64,000 nucleotides of DNA from Eledone cirrhosa (GCA_964016885.1 OZ024757.1:35278001-35342000); one strand, 5' to 3'; positions 13,501 through 27,088 are shown, numbered from the stretch's first letter. The notes: generated by a model not told the origin, from the letters alone. Numbers and translations: made by a program.

Positions 13501-16500
13501 AGGGGCAGAGATGTCCATAACATTACTTGACGAATTTATTAGCCACAGGGGCAGAGATGTCCATAACATTACATGACAGAGTTATTAGCCACTGGGGCAG
13601 AGATGTCCATAACATTACATGACATAATTATTAGCCACAGGGGCAGAGATGTCCATAACATTACATGACAGAATTATTAGCCACAGGGGCAGAGATGTAC
13701 ATAACATTACATGACAATTATTAGCCCCAAGGGCAGATATGTCCATAACATTACATGACAATTATTAGCCCCAAGGGCAGATATGTCCATAACATTACAT
13801 GACAGACTTTAATCTCGCGCTCTCTCTCTCTCGTTTCATCTCGCCCTCTCTCTCCTCCTCTCTCTCGTTTCATCTCGCTCTCTCTCTCTCTCGTTTCATC
13901 TCGCGCTCTCTCTCTTCCTCTCTCTCTTCCTCTCTCTCGTTTCATATCGCTCTCTCTCTCTCTCGTTTCATCTTTGTCTTCCTCTCTCTCGTTCCATCTC
14001 TCTCTTCCTCTCTCTCTCTTTCCATCTCTCTCTCGTTTCATCTAGCTCTCACTCTCTCGTTTCATCTCGCTCTCTCGTTTCATCTCTATCTCCCTCGTTT
14101 CATCTGTCTCTCTCTCTGTCGTTTCATCTCCCTCTATCTCTCTCTCGCTCTCTCGTTTCATCTCTCCCTCCCTCTCGTTTCATCTAGCTCACACTCTCTC
14201 GTTTCATCTCGCTCTCTCTGTTTCGTTCCATCTCGCTCTCACTCTCTCGTTTCATCTCGCTCTCTCTGTCTCTCATTTCATCTCGATCTCTCTGTCTCGT
14301 TTCATCCCGCTCTCTCTGTCTCGTTTCATCTCGCTCTCTCTCTCTCATTTCATCTCGCTCTCTCTCTCATTTCATCTCGCTCTCTCTCTCTCTCTCGTTT
14401 CATCTCACTCTCACTCTCTCATTTCATCTCGCTCTCTCTCTCTCGTTTCATCACGCGCTCTCTCTCTTCCTCTCTCTCGTTCCATCTCTCTCTTCCTCTC
14501 TCTCGTTCCATCTCTCTCTTCCTCTCTCTTGTTTCATCTCTCTCTCTCGTTTCATCTCTATCTCCCTCGTTTCATCTGTCTCTCTCTCTGTCGTTTCATC
14601 TCCCTCTATCTCTCTCTCGCTCTCTCGTTTCATCTCTCTCTCCCTCTCATTTCATCTCGCTCTCTCTCTCCTGTTTCATCTCGCACTCTCTCTCTCCTGT
14701 TTCATCTCGCTCTCTACTCTCGTTTCCTCACTCTCGTTTCCTCTCTCTCTCTCGTTTCCTCTCTCGTTTCATGTAGCTCTCACTCTCTCGTTTCATCTCG
14801 CTCTCTCTCTCTCATTTCATCTCGCTCTCTCTCTCTCGTTTCATCTCGCTCTCTCTGTCTGGTTTCATCTCGCTCTCTCTGTCTCTCATTTCATCTCGCT
14901 CTCTCTGTCTCGTTTCATCCCACTCTCTCTGTCTCGTTTCATCTCGCTCTCTCTCTCTCATTTCATCTCGCTCTCTCTCTCTCATTTCATCTCGCTCTCT
15001 CTCTCTCGTTTCATCTCGCTCTCACTCTCTCATTTCATCTCGCTCTCTCTCTCTCATTTCATCTCGCTCTCTCTCTCTCGTTTGAACTCGCTCTCACTCT
15101 CTCTTCCTCTCTCTCTCTTGTTTCAACACTTTAATCCCTCACTTGTTTCATCTCTCTCTAATCCCTCAATTATTTCATCTCTCTCAGAATTATTAGCCAC
15201 AGGGGCAGAGATGTCCATAACGTTACATGTCAGAATTATTAGCCACAGGGGCAGAGATGTCCATAACATTACATGTCAGAATTATTAGCCACAGGGGCAG
15301 AGATGTCCATAACATTACATGACGAATTTATTAGCCACAGGGGCAGAGATGTCCATAACATTACATGACAGAATTATTAGCCACAGAGGCAGAGATGTCC
15401 ATAACATTACATGACAGAATTATTAGCCACAGGGGCAGAGATGGCCATAACATTACATGACAATTATTAGCCCCCAGGGCAGATATGTCCATAACATTAC
15501 ATGACAGACTTTCATCTCGCGCTCTCTCGTTTCATCTCGCGCTCTCTCTCTTCCTCTCTCTCGTTTCATCTCACTCTCTCTCTCTCTCTCGTTTCATCTC
15601 GCACTCTCTCTCTTCCTCTCTCTCGTTTTATCTTGCTCTCTCTCTCTCTCGTTTCATCTCTGTCTTCCTCTCTCTCGTTCCATCTCTCTCTTCCTCTCTC
15701 TTGTTTCATCTCTCTCTCTCGTTTCATCTCTATCTCCCTCGTTTCATCTGTCTCTCTCTCTGTCGTTTCATCTCCCTCTATCTCTCTCTCGCTCTCTCGT
15801 TTCATCTCTCTCTCCCTCTCGTTTCATCTCGCTCTCTCTCTCCTGTTTCATCTCGCTCTCTCTATCCTGTTTCATCTCGCTCTCTACTCTCGTTTCCTCT
15901 CTCTCGTATCCTCTCTCTCGTTTCCTCTCTCTCTCGTTTCATCTCGCTCTCTCTCTCTCATTTCATCTCGCTCTCATTTCATCTCGCTCTCTCTGTCTCG
16001 TTTCATCCCGCTCTCTCTGTCTCGTTTCATCTCGCTCTCTCTCTCTCATTTCATCTCGCTCCCTCTCTCTCATTTCATCTCGCTCTCTCTCTCTCGTTTC
16101 ATCTCGCTCTCTCTGTCTCGTTTCATCTCGCTCTCTCTCTCTCTCTCATTTCATCTCGCTCTCTCTGTCTCGTTTCATCCCGCTCTCTCTGTCTCGTTTC
16201 ATCTCGCTCTCTCTCTCTCATTTCATCTCGCTCTCTCTCTCTCATTTCATCTCGCTCTCTCTCTCTCGTTTCATCTCGCTCACACTCTCTCATTTCATCT
16301 CGCTCTCTCTCTCTCGTTTGATCTCGCTCTCACTCTCTCTTCCTCTCTCTCTCTTGTTTCAACATTTTAATCCCTCACTTGTTTCATCTCTCTCTAATCC
16401 CTCACTTGTTTCATCTCTCTTAGAATTATTAGCCACAGGGGCAGAGATGTCCATAACATTACATGACAGATTTATTAGCCACAGGGGCAGAGATGTCCAT

Positions 16501-19500
16501 AACATTACATGACGAATTTATTAGCCACAGGGGCAGAGATGTCCATAACATTACATGACAGAATTATTAGCCACAGGGGCAGAGATGTCCATAACATTAC
16601 ATGACAGAATTATTAGCCACAGGGGCAGAGATGGCCATAACATTACATGTCAGAATTATTAGCCACAGGGGCAGAGATGTCCATAACATTACATGACAAT
16701 TATTAGCCCCTAGGGCAGATATGTCCATAACATTACATGACAGACTTTCATCTCGCGCTCTCTCTCGTTTCATCTCGCGCTCTCTCTTCCTCTCTCTCGT
16801 TTCATCTCACTCTCTCTCTCGTTTCATCTCGCACTCTCTCTCTTCCTCTCTCTCGTTTCATCTTGCTCTCTCTCTCTCTCGTTTCATCTCTGTCTTCCTC
16901 TCTCTCGTTCCATCTCTCTCTTCCTCTCTCTCGTTCCATCTCTCTCTTCCTCTCTCTCATTTCATCTCTCTCTCTCGTTTCATCTCTATGTCCCTCGTTT
17001 CATCTGTCTCTCTCTCTGTCGTTTCATCTCCCTCTATCTCTCTCTCGCTCTCTCGTTTCATCTCTCTCTCCCTCTCGTTTCATCTCGCTCTCTCTCTCTC
17101 CTGTTTCATCTCGCTCTCTCTCTCCTGTTTCATCTCGCTCTCTACTCTCGTTTCCTCTCTCTCGTTTCCTCTCTCTCTCGTTTCCTTTCTCTCTCGTTTC
17201 ATCTAGCTCTCAATCTCTCGTTTCATCTCGCCCTCTCTGTCTCGTTCCATCTCGCTCTCACTCTCTCCTTTCATCTCGCTCTCTCTCTCTCTCATTTCAT
17301 CTCGCTCTCTCTCTCTCATTTCATCTCGCTCTCTCTCTCTCGTTTCATCTCGTTCTCTCTGTCTCGTTTCATCTCGCTCTCGCTCTCTCTGTCTCGTTTC
17401 ATCCCGCTCTCTCTGTCTCGTTTCATCTCGCTCTCTCTCTCTCATTTCATCTCGCTCTCTCTCTCTCGCTTGATCTCGCTCTCACTCTCTCTTCCTCTCT
17501 CTTGTTTCAACACTCTAATCCCTCACTTGTTTCATCTCTCTCTAATCCCTCACTTGTTTCATTTCTCTCAGAATTATTAACCACAGGGGCAGAGATGTCC
17601 ATAACATTACAGGTCAGACTTATTAGCCACAGGGGCAGAGATGTCCATAACATTACATGACAGATTTATTAGCCACAGGGGCAGAGATGTCCATAACATT
17701 ACATGACAGATTTATTAGCCACAGGGGCAGATATGTCCATAACATTACATGTCAGAATTATTAGCCACAGGGGCAGAGATGTCCATAACATTACATGACA
17801 GAATTATTAGCCACAGGGGCAGAGATGTCCATAACATTACATGACAGAATTATTAGCCACAGGGGCAGAGATGTCCATAACATTACATGACAATTATTAG
17901 CCCCAGGGGCAGATATGTCCATGACGGAGTTTCATCTCGCGCTCTCTCTCTTCCTCTCTCTCATTTCATCTCGATCTCTCTGTCTCGTTTCATCCCGCTC
18001 TCTCTGTCTCGTTTCATCTCGCTCTCTCTCTCTCTCATTTCATCTCTCTCGCACTCTAACTCTTCCTCTCTCTCGTTTCATCTCGCGCTCTCTCTCTTCC
18101 TCTCTCTCGTTTCATCTCGCTCTCGGTCTCTCTCTCTCTCTCGTTTCATCTCGCGCTCTCTCTCTTCCTCTCTCTCGTTTCATCTCTCTCTCTCTGTCTC
18201 TCGTTTCATCTCTGTCTTCCTCTCTCTCGTTCCATCTCTCTCTTCCCCTCTCTCGTTCCATCTCTCTCTTCCTCTCTCTCGTTTCATCTCTCTCTCTCTC
18301 GTTTCATCTCTATCTCCCTCGTTTCATCTGTCTCTCTCTGTGTCATTTCATCTCCCTCTATCTCTCTCTCGCTCTCTCGTTTCATCTCTCTCTCCCTCTC
18401 GTTTCATCTCGCTCTCTCTCTCCTGTTTCATCTCGCTCTCTCTCTCTCCTGTTTCATCTCGCTCTCTACTCTCGTTTCCTCTCTCTCGTTTCCTCTCTCT
18501 CGTTTCCTCTCTCTCTCGTTTCCTCTCTCTCTCGTTTCATCTAGCTCTCACTCTCTCGTTTCATCTCGCTCTCTCTCTCTCTCATTTCATCTCGCTCTCT
18601 CTCTCTCGTTTCATCTCGCTCTGTCTGTCTCGTTTCATCTCGCTCTCTCTCTCTCTCATTTCATCTCGCTCTCTCTGTCTCGTTTCATCCCGCTCTCTCT
18701 GTCTCGTTTCATCTCGCTCTCTCTCTCTCATTTCATCTCGCTCTCTCTCTCTCATTTCATCTCGCTCTCTCTCTCTCTCGTTTCATCTCGCTCTCACTCT
18801 CTCATTTCATCTCGCTCTCACTCTCTCTTCCTCTCTCTCTCTTGTTTCAACACTCTAATCCCTCACTTGTTTCATCTCTCTCTAATCCCTCACTTGTTTC
18901 ATCTCTCTCAGAATTATTAGCCACAGGGGCAGAGATGTCCATAACGTTACATGTCAGATTTATTAGCCACAGGGGCAGAGATGTCCATAACATTACATGT
19001 CAGAATTATTAGCCACAGGGGCAGAGATGTCCATAACATTACATGACAGATTTATTAGCCACAGGGGCAGAGATGTCCATAACATTACATGACAATTATT
19101 AGCCCCAAGGGCAGATATGTCTATAACATTACATGACAGACTTTCATCTCGCGCTCTCTCTCTCTCGTTTCATCTCGCGCTCTCTCTTTTCCACTCTCTC
19201 CTTTCATCTCGCTCTCTCTCTCTCTCGTTTCATCTCGCGCTCTCTCTCTTCCTCTCTCTCATTTCATCTCGCTCTCTCTCTCTCTCGTTTCATCTCTGTC
19301 TTCCTCTCTCTAGTTCCATCTCTCTCTTCCTCCCTCTCGTTCCATCTCTCTCTTCCTCTCTCTCGTTTCATCTCGCTCTCACTCTCTCGTTTCATCTCGC
19401 TCTCTCTCTCTCATTTCATCTCGCTCTCTCTCTCTCGTTACATCTCGCTCTCTCTGTCTCGTTTCATCTCGCTCTCTCTCTCTCTCTCATTTCATCTCGC

Positions 19501-21022
19501 TCTCTCTGTCTCGTTTCATCCCGCTCTCTCTGTCTCGTTTCATCTCGCTCTCTCTCTCTCATTTCATCTCGCTCTCTCTCTCTCATTTCATCTCGCTCTC
19601 TCTCTCTCGTTTCAACTCGCTCTCACTCTCTCATTTCATCTCGCTCTCTCTCTCTCGTTTAATCTCGCTCTCACTCTCTCTTCCTCTCTCTTGTTTCAAC
19701 CCTCTAATCCCTCACTTGTTTCATCTCTCTCAGAATTATTAGCCACAGGGGCAGAGATCTCCATAACATTACATGTCAGAATTATTAGCCACAGGGGCAG
19801 AGATGTCCATAACATTACATGTCAGAATTATTAGCCACAGGGGCCGAGATGTCCATAACATTACATGACAGATTTATTAGCCACAGGGGCAGAGATGTCC
19901 ATAACATTACATGACGAATTTATTAGCCACAGGGGCAGAGATGTCCATAACATTACATGTCAGAATTATTAGCTACAGGGGCAGAGATGTCCATAACATT
20001 ACATGTCAGAATTATTAGCCACAGGGGCAGAGATGTCCATAACATTACATGACAGAATTATTAGCCACAGGGGCAGAGATGTCCATAACATTACATGACA
20101 ATTATTAGCCCCAGGGGCAGATATGTCCATGACAGAGTTTCATCTCGCGCTCTCTCTCTTCCTCTCTCTCGTTTCATCTCGCTCTCTCTCTCGTTTCATC
20201 TCGCTCTCTCGCTTCATCTCTCTCTCGTTTCATCTCGCTCTCTCTCTCTCTCTCTTTTCACCTCTGTCTTCCTCTCTCTAGTTTCATCTCTCTCTTCCTC
20301 TCTCTCATTCTATCTCTCTCTTCCTCCCTCTCGTTTCATCTCTATCTCCCTCGTTTCATCTGTCTCTCTCTCTGTCGTTTCATCTCCCTCTATCTCTCTC
20401 TCGCTCTCTCGTTTCATCTCTCTCTCCGTCTTGTTTCATCTCGCTCTCTCTCTTCTGTTTCATCTCGCTCTCTCTCTCCTGTTTCATCTCGCTCTCTACT
20501 CTCGTTTCCTCTCTCTCGTTTCCTCTCTCTCTCGTTTCATCTCTCTCTCGTTTCATCATTCTATGTCTCATTTCATCTCGCTCTCTCTCTCTCTCATTTC
20601 ATCTCGTACTCTCTCTCTCTCTCTCATTTCATCTCGCTCTCACTCTCTTGTTTCATCTCGCTCTCTCACTCTCGTTTCATCTCGCTCTCTCTCTCTCGTT
20701 TCATCTCGCTCTCTCTCTCTCTCGTTTCATCCCGCTCTCTCTGTCTCGTTTCATCTCGCTCTCTCTCTCTCATTTCATCTCATCTCTCTCTCTCATTTCA
20801 TCTCGCTCCCTCTCGTTTCATCTCGCTCTCAGTCTCTCGTTTCATCTCGCTCTCACTCTCTCGTTTCATCTCGCTCTCCCTGTCTCGTTTCATCTCGCTC
20901 TCTCTCTCTCATTTCATCTCACTCTCTCTCTCTCATTTCATCTCGCTCTCTCTCTCTCTTCCTCTCTCTCTCTTGTTTCAACACTCTAATCCCTCACTTG
21001 TTTCATCTCTCACTTGTTTCAA

Positions 21023-21055
<33 letters not shown>

Positions 21056-21420
21056 CCCTCTCTCTCTTGTTTCATCCCTCACCCTCTTGTTTCATCCCCC
21101 TCTCTCTTGTTTCATCCCCCTCTCTCCCTCTCTCTCTCTTCCCCTCTCTTCCTCTCTCTTCCTCTCTCTCTCTCTCTTCCTCTCTCTCTCTCTTTCACAC
21201 TATCTCCAACTCGTTTCATCACTCTCTCCCCTCTCTCCCCTCACCCTCTTGTTTCAACTCTCTCCTCGTTTCAACTCTCTCTCTCTCCTCTCTTGTTTCA
21301 ACTCTCTCACCTCTCGTTTCAACTCTCTCTCTCTCTCGTTCCAACTCTCTCTCTCTCACCTCTCGTTACAACTCTCTCTCTCTCACCTCTCGTTACAACT
21401 CTCTCTCTCTGTGTCTCCAA
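10563..21420 (-). repeat. Composite macrosatellite, right (inverted) arm
   Basis: Reverse-complement 46-bp arrays at about 10563-11069, 11948-12132, 13485-13805, 15186-15508, 16422-16744, 17569-17925, 18909-19139 and 19731-20135, separated by TC-rich satellite. Confidence 0.95.
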
Positions 21421-21617
21421 TGTGTAATAAACCGTGACTCATATATATATACAGAAGAATGTACATAAACACACATACATACACGCATGTGTATATATAT
21501 ATACATACATGTGTCTCTCTCTCTCCCTATATATATGTACATATGTGTAAATATGTACATACATATTAGTGTATATATATTGCTATCTATATGCATATTT
21601 GTATAATTATACTGTAT

Positions 21618-21788
21618 GGTGAATTGGCAGTATCGGTAGAGGGTCTGACGCCATGCTTTCCAGCATAGTTACGTCCCTTTACGATCCGAGGTCAACTTTG
21701 CCTTTCATCCTTACGGGGTCGATAAAATAAAGTACCAGTAATGTACTGGTTAATTACTGACCTTGTGCCTAAAATAGAAACAATTATT
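21618..21788 (+). mobile_element. tRNA-derived SINE (inverted duplicate of 1933-2103)
   Basis: Near-exact reverse complement of 1933-2103. Confidence 0.8.
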
Positions 21789-22348
21789 AGTTCAAAGAGA
21801 AACCACCATCATAGAGAAACCACCATCCTACCTGAAATATTATGTTCTCATATTAAATATTTCTTATACTGTCATGTTTTTTCTTTAAAACGATTGCATC
21901 TCAATAAAGTGAAGAAAACTATTATATACTGTTGTTATATCATTATACTTTAGTTTTAACTTATTATTTCTATGTGTATAAATATAATGTATGTAAGTGT
22001 GTTTGAAAATATATAATAATAATATGCATGTTTGAAGCAGGGTTCAACTGAAATATCTACACTGGTAACTTAATTAGTGTTACACCTTAGGCATAAACTA
22101 TTTGGCATTCTTTGAAGGAGGTACTAGGTTTGTCGCTGTCTTAAATGGAGTATACACGCGCACACGATGCATATATATAACTTGTTTTTCTCTGTACAAA
22201 GAGATTGACATCATTTCTTAAATCATTATTTAGGGTTTTACAACAAAACATATTGTATGTGTAATTATACAAATTGAATTTAAGTATTTATTTTAAAATT
22301 TTACATACACTTTAGTAGTATATATATATATATATATATATTCATTTG

Positions 22349-23095
22349 TGATGCCATGCATTGTATTGTACACTTCGACATATGGATTACATTCATGCAA
22401 CACCTCTCTTATCATAGCCATTTTTTGTGGTGAGCAGTCATTATTTGTTGGTACTAGGGCGGTGGATTGGCAGTATCGGTAGAGCGCCAGACACCATGCT
22501 TTACAGCATAGGGTTATGGCCCTTTACGTTCTGGGTTCAAATCCCTCCAAGGTTGACTTTGTTTTCATCCTTATGAGGTCGATAGAATAAAGTACCAGTA
22601 ATTGCTGGCCTTGTGCCAGAAACAATTATTTGGTTGTACTTCCAATCTGTGCTACATACCTTCGTTCCCATCAATAATATATAACTGGCCATATTGTGGT
22701 GTATTTTCTGCAGGTTACAGAGATGGGGGTGTAGTGATATGTTTGACCCTGAATATGAAAGCTATACGGGCCTCTGCCGGGTGGTAACACCAAATGAAGT
22801 GAAATAAATGTAGTTTTAATTGCAGATGTTTCTGTGAAATCAACTGCTTCCTGGCCTCTTTCAAAGAGATTTCTCAGTCTCTCAGGGTATATTTGCAATG
22901 GTGGCAACACAACCTTTCCTTTATTACAACAGTTACAATTTTCATTTCTAAATTTCAAAGCTCCACAGTGATCACACGAAACATTCATATCACTAATATG
23001 AAATTCTTCTACATTTCCATTAATATTAATTGTTGGCCAATTTCTCTTACGACGCTCATTATCCATTCTTCTCTGTCTGAATGTTTTCCATTCTG
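22349..23095 (-). pseudogene. Decayed Helitron N-terminal fragment (copy 2) with SINE at 22456-22630
   Basis: Reverse complement of copy 1. ORF 22671-23066 is nearly identical; there is a 30-bp deletion at an attct microhomology near 23094. Confidence 0.85.
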
Positions 23096-23419
23096 TTGTT
23101 TATTATGTAATTAAATAGCTCTGTACAATACATAGAGCACTCTTCTTTTCTTTACCTTTTCTATGGAAATACAAGAAAAAACATATAAATATATATATAT
23201 ATGTATATACATAAACAAGACTGTTATTGCTCCAACCAGTCTATTTACCTTCGATAACTAAATATAAATACACCTATACCATACATACATATACGATATT
23301 TGTTTTTGATGCCGTAGTATTGCAGAGATAAGCAAGAAGAGAAAAGAAAATGAAAAGGAGAAAAAAAAAAGAAGAAGTCGGGGGAGGGACAGACACTTCA
23401 CCCCAGTCTAAGTGGTCCC

Positions 23420-23657
23420 TCAGCCGCAACTCGTGGAAGAAACGTAAAAGCGTTACCTCGGAGCAAGGCCAGAGACACCTGCTACAATAGTCGCCCCTCC
23501 TCACGAGGCTCCTGCCGTCTTTCCTACCGACTTTATGGAGGAAATCAGCACTACGGGGACCAAGTATGGCAGAGGTCTCAATGGAGTGGAATAGGTGAGT
23601 CAGGCCTCGGTACTATCTTACTCTCCTCTGCGTTGCGGGGTGTGGGGCCTAGGTTTG
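23420..23657 (-). mobile_element. 3' fragment of a CRE-clade non-LTR retrotransposon (restriction-like endonuclease C-terminus)
   Basis: Frameshifted translation AEESK..YRGL..IETSAILGPRSADFLHKVGRK..EPREEGRLL*QVSLALLRGNA matches the CRE pattern AE..K..KY..ET.G.WG...QR.SLA.QRGNA. Confidence 0.75.
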
Positions 23658-25117
23658 TGGCTGTAGCTATATTTGAACTTTTATATGAAATTTCAGTTTT
23701 ATATTTTTCACATCTTAAAACTTAATCTTAGTCTTTTGCAGCTCATCTTGTTTCATCTCGCAGCACACGATTTGGGAACCACTGCTCTAGAGATAGAAAA
23801 AGTATATTTTATGCAGGGCTTCCCTGAGACATAAAAACTATTTCAAGAGATCGACATGGGTAGAAAGGTTGAAAAATGCTGCACAATGTTCTTTGGTTTT
23901 TGTTCACCTTTAAATAATCATGTATAAAATATCGGGTGTGCCAGATTTCATGAAAAGGTATAACATTATTTATGCTGATCTTGCAGGGACTAGCTCCAAT
24001 TGAGAGTTGTACCAATTCCCACTAAACTCGAAACTCCTGGACAATATATACATATCTTTATAAGTTCGCTGTATAATGAAACATAAATATATACCATGCA
24101 TGTCAGTCAGATTTGAACTCACTATAATTGGCGTTTTATAGATATAATTTGTTTGTTAAAATAATTGATTAAATAATAACTAAATAAAATTAATTCTACA
24201 ATCCTGGATAGGGAATGAACTTATAACTTCATAATAGAAACCATCTATTCGAGCAGTATTGCCACCAGGTTACTTACAGAACTTCATTCAAATATAAAGT
24301 ATAAAATATATGCCAGACATAGTGAGTTGGAATCTGACTGATTAGTTGGTCATTGTCCCAGCCAACAGTTTAAATTGCCAACCGGTAGGTGATATCGACT
24401 AGGTTGGGAAAACTTGGTTAAGTAGCTCCAGTTATTGCTACGTTAGACATATTCAAGACTTATCGACACCGAATGGAAGAAAGGTAAAGTTGAACTCAGA
24501 GTAAAGAACTGAAAAAATACTGCAAAGAATTCTATCGGATGTTCTAACAATTCTACCAAATTACCTTATGTATATATATTTATATCTAGAGATAAGAAGA
24601 AAACTGAAAGAAAGAAAAAAAGAAAAAAAAAAATGAGACCTTATATGTAACCCATGACCAGGATTGAAACCAAAACCAGGACTACCACCATCTCTGGTAT
24701 CACCCACCAGACCACCATGAAAGATACAAAAATCTGCTTTTTTAATATTTATAAGCCTACTTTCAATATTAAAGTAATTAACATGTAGTGTTGTTCATGC
24801 CTTTCTCTATGTTATTGGTACAAAATAAAGTATTTAAACCTCAAATTTTGTTATTCAAATATGCTTGCTTATGTAATTATAAATGTCGCAGAATACACAC
24901 ACATATATAGATGTGAAAATATTCAGGACCCCAACGGCTGTGCTACTGCCGTTTCGACATCTATATATATATCTTTTAGTCCTAGGCTTTTTCAGCGCAG
25001 GAAGAATTCTCCAATGATCACAACCAGCTAATGGTGCCCAGTGGAAGCACTTTAGTCTAATTATAACCCCAACGATCACGATTAGCGGCGGCTTTTTCGA
25101 GTCTGAGGTTGACTGCC

Positions 25118-25163
<46 letters not shown>

Positions 25164-25999
25164 TGTTATACTTGGCTAGAATCCCGGAAAACAGCAGAAA
25201 GATGCTGAGTTCAGAGTTTAAAAAACATGTCCCACCTTTAATATAAAAACAATCCGAGTCTTGTAAAAGTGTTATTACTGTAATATAAAGTAGAAACCCT
25301 TCATTTAAACAAAGCTGCGATGCAGCGATCATCAAAGCAAACCCCAAAATGCAAACAAACTTCTCGCAGGTGCTGGCAGATACACGATAACATGTGTATA
25401 CGAAGTGTAACAGGGAGTTGGGTCGTATTATATGACTTTCAAATTGACCCCTATTATATTCAAATTATCCCCTGTGGGGCGTGCACCCCACGTTGAGAAT
25501 CCCTCATAAATAAATATATGTGAGTGTGTTGCTATGACTGCTATTTCTAGCAGGTTTACTGCAGTCCTGTAGACGCACAACAAAAACCGGAAGTGGCAGC
25601 CATTAAAAAACTTTGGCTTAAAATCAGGCAAAAGTTTTTTAACAATTTGCCAAGAAAGATAACTCTTGTCTTACTTAATCGCAAAAATCAAGGCAAAAAT
25701 TTTGCGGGTGTGCAGTTTGTTTGGTGTATTTGACTGCTATTTCTAGCATGTATGGACACTTTAGAAATAGCAGCGAAGCATAAGAAAGAAGGACACACAA
25801 GTATATATATATATGTATATATATATATATAATTATGTATCTGTATATATATATATACATATATATATGCACAGATATATACATTTAAATATATATATTT
25901 ATATATATATACACGCGCGCACACACACCTATACGTAGATATGGGTGTGTGTATAGCTGGTATATATATATATATATATGTATGGGTGAGTGTATAGCT

Positions 26000-26030
<31 letters not shown>

Positions 26031-26034
<4 letters not shown>

Positions 26035-26388
26035 AAAAAGAGATGAAATCGAAAATGCAACTGAAGTCTTATTTTTTTTTTAAATATATATATTTATTTG
26101 GTTCCTTTACCGGTTTTGCAGTTCTTCTGCTTTTCAAAAGGTGAGTTGAGATGGAGGGTCTGTGGTTTTTCTCAGATGTGAGAAAAACCACAGACCCTCC
26201 ATCTCAACTCACCTTTTGAAAAGCAGAAGAACTGCGAAACCGGTAAAGGAACCAAATAAATATATATATTTTTTAAAAAAATAAGACTTCAGTTGCATTT
26301 TCGATTTCATCTCTTTTTCTTTATACTTCCACTCGTGTAGGACACCTCGGTTATTTTTCACTTTGTAAAAAAAACCTCACTTTCTAAT
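26031..26388. mobile_element. Fold-back HHR-bearing element, family B
   Basis: Near-perfect palindrome 26031-26174 / 26179-26323 within (TA)n; homologous to 49857-50135. Confidence 0.8.
26212..26249 (+). ncRNA. Minimal type I hammerhead ribozyme, U3-A8 core variant
   Basis: cctt TTGAAAA gcag-aagaa-ctgc GAAA ccgg TA aagg. Stems I and II pair, stem III is palindromic (accggt), and the cleavage triplet is GUA. Confidence 0.7.
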
Positions 26389-27032
26389 ATATATAGGTGT
26401 GTGTCCTTCTTTCTGCTGTTTTCCGTTTTTCGCTGCTATTTCTAAAGTGTCCATACATGCTAGAAATAGCAGTCAAATACACCAAACAAACTGCACACCC
26501 GCAAAATTTTTGCCTCGATTTTTGCGATTAAGTAAGACAAGAGTTATCTTTCTTGGCAAATTGTTAAAAAACTTTTGCCTGATTTTAAGCCAAAGTTTTT
26601 TAATGGCTGCCACTTCCGGTTTTTGTTGTGCGTCTACAGGACTGCAGTAAACCTGCTAGAAATAGCAGTCATAGCAACACACTCACATATATTTATTTAT
26701 GAGGGATTCTCAACGTGGGGTGCACGCCCCACAGGGGATAATTTGAATATAATAGAGGTCAATTTGAAAGTGATATAATACGACCAAGCTTCCAGATACA
26801 CTTCGTATACACATGTTATCGTGTATCTGGCAGCACCTACGAGAAGTTTGTTTACATTTTGAAGTTTGTTTTGATCATCGCTGCCACGCAGCTTTGTTTA
26901 AATAAAGGGTTTCTACTTTATATTACAGTAATAAAAGTTTTACTTCGTCTACACATGTTATCGTGTATCCGGTAGCACCTATGTGCTGTTCTCATCGCAG
27001 GTTTGTTTAATTAAAGGTTGCGAGGGGGATCA

Positions 27033-27088
<56 letters not shown>

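Larger units (their letters stand above)
25263..26943. repeat. Inverted repeat with arms 25263-25799 and 26398-26943
   Basis: Reverse-complement match; near-identical ORFs 25428-25631(-) and 26575-26778(+). Confidence 0.9.

Noticed and set aside
3296-20135. 46-bp arrays as CRISPR arrays
   Set aside because: Units are head-to-tail with no unique spacers, there are no cas genes, and the context is eukaryotic.
2152-21468. Long S/L/R/E-rich ORFs
   Set aside because: They are translations of stop-poor GA/TC satellite in several frames, with no domain signal.
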